Assembly (NCBI RefSeq): GCF_000022265.1
Contig: NC_011979.1
Span: 300,001 to 332,000 of the forward strand
From: Geotalea daltonii FRC-32
GTDB taxonomy: Bacteria > Desulfobacterota > Desulfuromonadia > Geobacterales > Geobacteraceae
Direction of reading: 5' to 3'
DNA length: 32,000 nt
Shown piece after piece: positions 27,947 through 32,000 of this stretch. The notes beneath the pieces are model-generated. The model was not told the DNA's origin, ran no database searches, and was given only the letters and a program-made list of their open reading frames with translations. Both the position numbers and the translations under genes were made by a program. How positions within the stretch are numbered: the first letter of the stretch is position 1; every line of letters starts with the position of its first letter.

Positions 27947-29072
27947 GTCTCCTCGCCCCTTCATTTGCCCCAAGTCCTTCCTCTGCAATCCGGTCGATCC
28001 CATCGAAATCAATGACTTTCTCTGCCGAAGAACAGATCAGCTCGATTTTTTCCTCATCCTCAACGCTGATCTTGGAGATATGCCCGGTAATGGTGGAAAA
28101 AACATCGGCCGTGGACTGGAAAATTCGGATATAGGGGATGCCGCTGGCATCGAGGATGCGCTGGGTTATGGCCGATACCGGAGCCTGTCCGGGAATGACC
28201 AGGCCGGCGATCTTTTCCCGGTAGGCTGGGATGTGATAGAGGGATGACAGGGTAACGATCAGTTCATCCCTGGAGCTGGTGGTGATGAGAAGGGTCGATT
28301 GGGCCAGAAGATCAATGACCTTCTGGGAAGAGGCGGCGCCGAGCTGGACATGGTGGACGATGCGGCTGCGTGCCGCACCGTCACCGCAAAGTGGGTGATC
28401 GAGGAGCCTGGCGATGTGGTTGAGGGTCGGGTTAGCCAGGATCGGTGAGTAATCGAAAGCAGCCGTCACCGGCAGGTGAAGAGGGGCGAAGGCCTTGGTC
28501 AAATAGCCGAGGGAAATCTCCCTTTTTTCCGGCAGCAGCTTGTTGACCATGAGTAGCCTGACCGGGCTTGCCTCCGCCCGGTAGAGGGGGAGATTGAGCA
28601 GGACCGAATCGATGACGTTGCCGATGCCGCCGCCGCTCACCATCAGCACCGGCGCATTGCACAGACTGGCCACCCGGCCGTTGCTGAGTCCCACCACCGA
28701 GCCGACTCCGCCGTGCCCGGCCCCCTCGATTACCAGAAAATCGTACTTCCTTTCCATTTCCCGACAGGCAGCAAGTAGTCTCCCTTCAAGTTCGGCGGTG
28801 GTAAGTTGGCCGTCGAGAAAACGCTTGGTGGAGCCTCTGCCAAGGACAACCGGGGACATGAGGCGGATATCTTCCTCCATGTCGAACACCCGGGCCATCA
28901 GCGCCGCGTCCTTGTCAACGATACAGCCGTTGAATTCCTGGCACTTGGGCCCGATGGCCTTGATGAAGCCGACCCGCTTGTACCGCTGCCGTGCCAGGTG
29001 GACCAGCGAGAGGCTGATGGTGGTCTTACCGGTATTCTGGCCGGTTGCGGCAATAAAGATTTTTCTGCACAT
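27930..29072 (-). CDS. BioD/CobQ-like P-loop plus DRTGG-type domain protein (resembles the N-terminal half of long phosphotransacetylases)
   Basis: The P-loop is FIAATGQNTGKTT, followed by FLVIEGAGHGGVG. The C-terminal half (LLITTSSRDELI...GLVIPGQ) is DRTGG-like. No PTA catalytic domain is present. Confidence 0.7.
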   Translation of the reverse strand: MCRKIFIAATGQNTGKTTISLSLVHLARQRYKRVGFIKAIGPKCQEFNGCIVDKDAALMARVFDMEEDIRLMSPVVLGRGSTKRFLDGQLTTAELEGRLLAACREMERKYDFLVIEGAGHGGVGSVVGLSNGRVASLCNAPVLMVSGGGIGNVIDSVLLNLPLYRAEASPVRLLMVNKLLPEKREISLGYLTKAFAPLHLPVTAAFDYSPILANPTLNHIARLLDHPLCGDGAARSRIVHHVQLGAASSQKVIDLLAQSTLLITTSSRDELIVTLSSLYHIPAYREKIAGLVIPGQAPVSAITQRILDASGIPYIRIFQSTADVFSTITGHISKISVEDEEKIELICSSAEKVIDFDGIDRIAEEGLGANEGARRLRSLS

Positions 29073-29122
29073 GGCTTCAGTGATTCTCCCTCTGACCGCA
29101 GACGGTTAAAATGTCGCCATCC

Positions 29123-30502
29123 TCAGTCCAAACATCTGAATACCCCCGAGCTCCATAGACAGCTCCCGCAGGGTTCCGTATTCACGTAGCAATCCCGCTC
29201 GAACTCGTCCTTCTGCACCAGGTCGCAGGGGGAACAGTTGCAGCCGGAGCACGAAGGGTAGTCATGGTGCAGGACGTTTTCCCGGAAGGTGCGGAACTCG
29301 CAGCTATTCCATATTTCCAGGATGCCCCGCTGGCTGACATTGCCGAACGACCTGGGCTTGATTGGATGCAGCCAGCCGTTGGCAAAGGACTGGCACCGGT
29401 GCCAGAGGTGATAGCACGGGTGCATCTTACCGTCCCAGGAGACGAAAGCTCCTCCCTGCTCAACAAAAGCGCAGCCTCTTTTTTCACGCCGCACCACTTC
29501 AGGAAGCCTCAGGTCCAGGCCGACCCTCCTGGCCACCCTCATCGCCTCATCAAAGACGGCCATGGTCACGCCGATCTGGCTATAATCCATGGCAAAAAGC
29601 CTTTTCAGATCAAGGGTAATGCCCCGGTCGCCGGCATCGGTCTTCATGGCGTCGACAAAATCAACGACCTGCTGCTCATCGGCAGTCTTGGCGTATTTCC
29701 AGAGAATTCTGAAATAGCTGAGCATGTCCACGCCGATGGTATCGGCCTTGGATTTCCAGGTCTGGAAGATCTGGATCGCCTCATCGGTGCAGGTGTCATA
29801 GGCACACTGCTCAAGGTGAGGCTCATGGAACGGGTGAAGGTGGGAGACAATGGCGAAACTTGCCCCACGTGCCGCAGCCCATTCCAGTGCCGGCGGAAGT
29901 TCCCGGATGTTGTCCCTCATGACAACGAATTCCACGCCAATTTCCAGGTCGTGGCGCCCGCAGACAGTCCTGGCTGCGGCAAGGGCCTCGAATGCCCACT
30001 GCAGGTCCAGCAGCTGACTGCCGGTGCGGATGCTGCCGAAGGTGGTACTGTCCACTCCGTCCATGGAGAGACAGATCCTGTCGAGACCGGCATCGAGCAG
30101 GGTCATGGCCCTCATGTTGGTTAGCAGAAGGCCATTGCTCTGGAAACCGATCCAGCCGTGGGACGGCATCAACTTTTTCGCCCGGGTGATGAACTGTTCC
30201 AGGCGGGAGTTGAGCAGAGGCTCACCTACACCATTGAGTACCAGGGCATTCAGATTGGGCAGGGCCGGTTCCAGGGCAGAAAAGGTGCCCATGTCCAGAT
30301 CGCCATCCCCCGTGCCACCATCATTTTGTTTCATGCACATGACGCAGCTCAGGTTGCAGCGGCTGGTGGTCTCGACGAAAAGCCTGGACGGGTAAGGCAG
30401 CAGGGCCGAATCGACCGCCGGGTACCGTTGTTCAAGTGTCATGGCGGCAGTGCAGTTTTGCATGGTCATCCTTATGTCGATCGGGCAGAAACCTCCGGCC
30501 AC
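29123..30502 (-). CDS. radical SAM enzyme with a C-terminal SPASM/twitch-type auxiliary-cluster domain
   Basis: The CX3CX2C motif is TSRCNLSCVMC. The SPASM-like part is C-x13-G-x4-C (CAFVEQGGAFVSWDGKMHPC), followed by CSGCNCSPC and CGSC. The start is uncertain. GTG 30502 has no SD and lies 3 nt after an upstream TAA. ATG 30463 is preceded by AAGGA. Confidence 0.85.
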   Translation of the reverse strand: MAGGFCPIDIRMTMQNCTAAMTLEQRYPAVDSALLPYPSRLFVETTSRCNLSCVMCMKQNDGGTGDGDLDMGTFSALEPALPNLNALVLNGVGEPLLNSRLEQFITRAKKLMPSHGWIGFQSNGLLLTNMRAMTLLDAGLDRICLSMDGVDSTTFGSIRTGSQLLDLQWAFEALAAARTVCGRHDLEIGVEFVVMRDNIRELPPALEWAAARGASFAIVSHLHPFHEPHLEQCAYDTCTDEAIQIFQTWKSKADTIGVDMLSYFRILWKYAKTADEQQVVDFVDAMKTDAGDRGITLDLKRLFAMDYSQIGVTMAVFDEAMRVARRVGLDLRLPEVVRREKRGCAFVEQGGAFVSWDGKMHPCYHLWHRCQSFANGWLHPIKPRSFGNVSQRGILEIWNSCEFRTFRENVLHHDYPSCSGCNCSPCDLVQKDEFERDCYVNTEPCGSCLWSSGVFRCLD

Positions 30503-30505
30503 TGT

Positions 30506-30655
30506 TTAGGCGATCATGGCCATGCAGTTGGGGCAGCTCACGCAAGTGGCGCCGGGTTCTCTTTGGAGGGCCTTGGGTAAGCAGCCCTCAGATGTGCAGC
30601 GACATGTCCGTGCCGTGGGACAACTCCCACTGCTGCCGCAGGAGGGTGAAAGCAT
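30506..30655 (-). CDS. candidate Cys-rich micro-ORF (49 aa if it starts at ATG 30655): MLSPSCGSSGSCPTARTCRCTSEGCLPKALQREPGATCVSCPNCMAMIA
   Basis: It is not in the track because it is under 60 aa. It has 8 Cys. Its last 26 codons fill the 85-nt RHH-rSAM gap and 21 of them have G/C at the third position. The TAA sits 3 nt before the GTG that opens the rSAM frame. The 5' part overlaps the RHH gene in another frame and lacks a good SD, so the true start and even its reality are uncertain. Confidence 0.25.
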   Translation of the reverse strand: MLSPSCGSSGSCPTARTCRCTSEGCLPKALQREPGATCVSCPNCMAMIA

Positions 30656-30782
30656 CCCGCATGAGGTCCGCTGCGGACAGATTGGTCATTTCCATGATCT
30701 GGCGGAACTTGTCCATCTCCTCATCTGTGACGCGCATGGAAACGATATAGGGCTTTCTCGGGTTGTTGTACTTCCTTGCCAT
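30588..30782 (-). CDS. small ribbon-helix-helix (CopG/MobC-like) protein, 64 aa
   Basis: I prefer the ATG at 30782 (MARKYNNPRKPYIVSMRVTDEEMDKF...), 9 nt after AAGGAGG. The track start at 30806 is a TTG. The pattern is beta-strand IVSMRVT followed by two helices, and it is a paralog of 7349-7537. Confidence 0.6.
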   Translation of the reverse strand: MARKYNNPRKPYIVSMRVTDEEMDKFRQIMEMTNLSAADLMRDAFTLLRQQWELSHGTDMSLHI

Positions 30783-30850
30783 CTCTTCTTCCTCCTTCTC
30801 AGACAACCAGCAACCTTAAAATTGAAGATTGCTGCTGGAAATGGGCAGAG

Positions 30851-30865
30851 GCAATTTCGGTACCA
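30851..30865 (-). promoter_or_regulatory. sigma-54 (-24/-12) promoter for the RHH / rSAM-SPASM / DRTGG operon
   Basis: The minus strand reads TGGTACCGAAATTGC. The GG-N10-GC spacing is exact and the -12 box is TTGC. It lies about 70 nt upstream of the ATG at 30782. Confidence 0.6.
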
Positions 30866-31170
30866 ACACCCATTACGCACGCAGACCGGGTGGCCGCCCA
30901 GATGGGTCGAGCCGTTGAATACAGGGGAATGGGACGCTTTTCCCGGGAGTGTTGAAAAGAAGGTAGGGGGAGTTTTTACCGCCGGCAAGAGTGAATGGGA
31001 GCGTTCCAGACTATGACATGTGCTCCATTATGGAACAGTCCACGTGTGCCATTTCAGAACAAAGTTCATTAAACAAAGATTGCCAGGGGGCAGTCGTTGA
31101 GGTCCAACCGCCTATTTTTACAGCTGCTTGCCCCATATGTTTCCAGAAATATGGTGGCTGGTAAAATTGT

Positions 31171-31185
31171 TGGTATAGGGTTTGC
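31171..31185 (+). promoter_or_regulatory. sigma-54 (-24/-12) promoter for the second Fe-ADH gene
   Basis: TGGTATAGGGTTTGC has exact GG-N10-GC spacing and a TTGC -12 box. It lies about 100 nt upstream of the ATG at 31287. Confidence 0.55.
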
Positions 31186-31286
31186 GGTATAGTAAAAAAA
31201 CGTTTTAGAAAACCGTATGCAGGAGATGGTTCAAGGCACAAAAAACCAATGTGGTTGATTCCACAAAATACAAAGGAGGAGCAACA

Positions 31287-32000
31287 ATGGCATTAGCAGA
31301 ACAGACGTACGGATTTTTCATTCCAACAGTTTCATTGATGGGGATAGGTTGCTCCAAGGAAACGGGGGCCCAGGCCAAGGCGCTGGGTGCGACGAACCTG
31401 CTCATTGTCACTGACGCCGGTCTGTCCAAGATGGGGGTCGCCGACAAGATCAAGGCCCAGCTGGTGGAAGCCGGTCTGAAAGCGGTAATTTTCGACGGCG
31501 CCGAGCCCAACCCCACCGACAAGAACGTCCATGATGGCGTCAAGGTCTACCTGGACAGCAAGTGTGACGGGATCGTTTCCCTGGGTGGCGGCAGCTCCCA
31601 TGACTGCGGCAAGGGGATCGGCCTGGTCATCGGCAATGGCGGCAACATCCGCGACTTCGAAGGGGTCAACAAGTCCACCAAGCCCATGCCCCCGTTCCTG
31701 GCCATCAATACCACCGCCGGCACCGCTTCCGAGATGACCCGCTTCTGCATCATCACCAACACCGATACCCATGTGAAGATGGCCATCGTCGACTGGCGCT
31801 GCACACCGAACATTGCCATTAACGATCCGGTCCTCATGGTGGGCAAACCCCCCGCACTCACCGCTGCCACCGGTATGGACGCCCTGACCCATGCCGTTGA
31901 GGCCTACGTCTCCACCATCGCCACCCCCATTACCGATGCCTGCGCCATCAAGGCAATTGAGCTGGTCGCCGCCAATCTGAGCGTGGCCGTAGCCAACGGC
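31287..32000 (+). CDS. iron-containing alcohol dehydrogenase (DhaT/methanol-DH-like group III ADH), 3'-truncated by the window edge
   Basis: It is absent from the track because it has no stop in the window. The ATG at 31287 lies 7 nt after AAAGGAGGA. All 238 codons to nt 32000 are open, beginning MALAEQTYGFFIPTVSLMGIGC. The motifs are LIVTDAGL, FDGAEPNPT, SLGGGSSHDCGKGIG, INTTAGTASEMTRFCIIT and TGMDALTHAVEAYVS. Confidence 0.92.
   Translation, partial: MALAEQTYGFFIPTVSLMGIGCSKETGAQAKALGATNLLIVTDAGLSKMGVADKIKAQLVEAGLKAVIFDGAEPNPTDKNVHDGVKVYLDSKCDGIVSLGGGSSHDCGKGIGLVIGNGGNIRDFEGVNKSTKPMPPFLAINTTAGTASEMTRFCIITNTDTHVKMAIVDWRCTPNIAINDPVLMVGKPPALTAATGMDALTHAVEAYVSTIATPITDACAIKAIELVAANLSVAVANG

Noticed and set aside
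30585-30600. prfB-like programmed +1 frameshift at the RHH stop (CAC ATC TGA GGG) that would fuse RHH to the Cys-rich tail
   Set aside because: There is no slippery codon allowing tRNA re-pairing in the +1 frame (AUC to UCU) and no SD-like stimulator at the right distance. An ordinary indel or sequencing error cannot be excluded.
30516-31016. 166-aa + strand ORF
   Set aside because: It is antisense to the RHH gene and reads across the sigma-54 promoter region. It has no SD and no motif.
31011-31241. 76-aa minus-strand ORF in the adh2 upstream region
   Set aside because: It lies in AT-rich promoter DNA, overlaps the predicted + strand sigma-54 promoter, and has no SD or recognisable motif.

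Overview
No homology search was run. All calls rest on reading the supplied translations, the DNA and motif recognition. Gene content and codon style suggest a high-GC Geobacter/Desulfuromonadales-type chromosome (inference). The window has three parts. (1) 1-12.9 kb is a short-chain acyl-CoA beta-oxidation and electron-transfer cluster, all on the + strand. It holds a thiolase (5'-partial), hbd, crotonase, a membrane Fe-S (CCG-domain) oxidoreductase, sucCD, a small RHH protein, etfB, a ferredoxin-fused etfA, a second paralogous membrane Fe-S oxidoreductase and an IclR regulator. A REP-like hairpin doublet and a heptamer microsatellite lie in its spacers. (2) About 12.9-16 kb is a visibly AT-richer patch of decayed mobile DNA. 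It holds a small gene broken by two frameshifts, an iteron-like array of six ~14-bp sites, a GNAT acetyltransferase, a 5'-truncated HUH/Y1 (IS200/RayT-like) transposase homolog and a PilZ protein. (3) 16.3-32 kb is a signalling and alcohol/aldehyde module. It holds a PAS-rich hybrid histidine kinase, a putative outer-membrane protein, a long-form aldehyde:ferredoxin oxidoreductase, a Lys-rich secreted repeat protein and an AcoR-like sigma-54 activator. An Fe-alcohol dehydrogenase there overlaps a PAS-PP2C phosphatase gene. On the minus strand sits an operon with a well-spaced sigma-54 promoter: RHH protein, a Cys-rich micro-ORF filling the gap, a radical SAM/SPASM enzyme and a BioD-like/DRTGG protein. 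It is divergent from a second Fe-ADH gene (3'-partial) that has its own sigma-54 promoter. This radical SAM/SPASM operon is my best candidate for an undescribed peptide or protein maturation system. No rRNA, tRNA or CRISPR array was seen. Most long minus-strand ORFs in the track are mirror ORFs of + strand genes.
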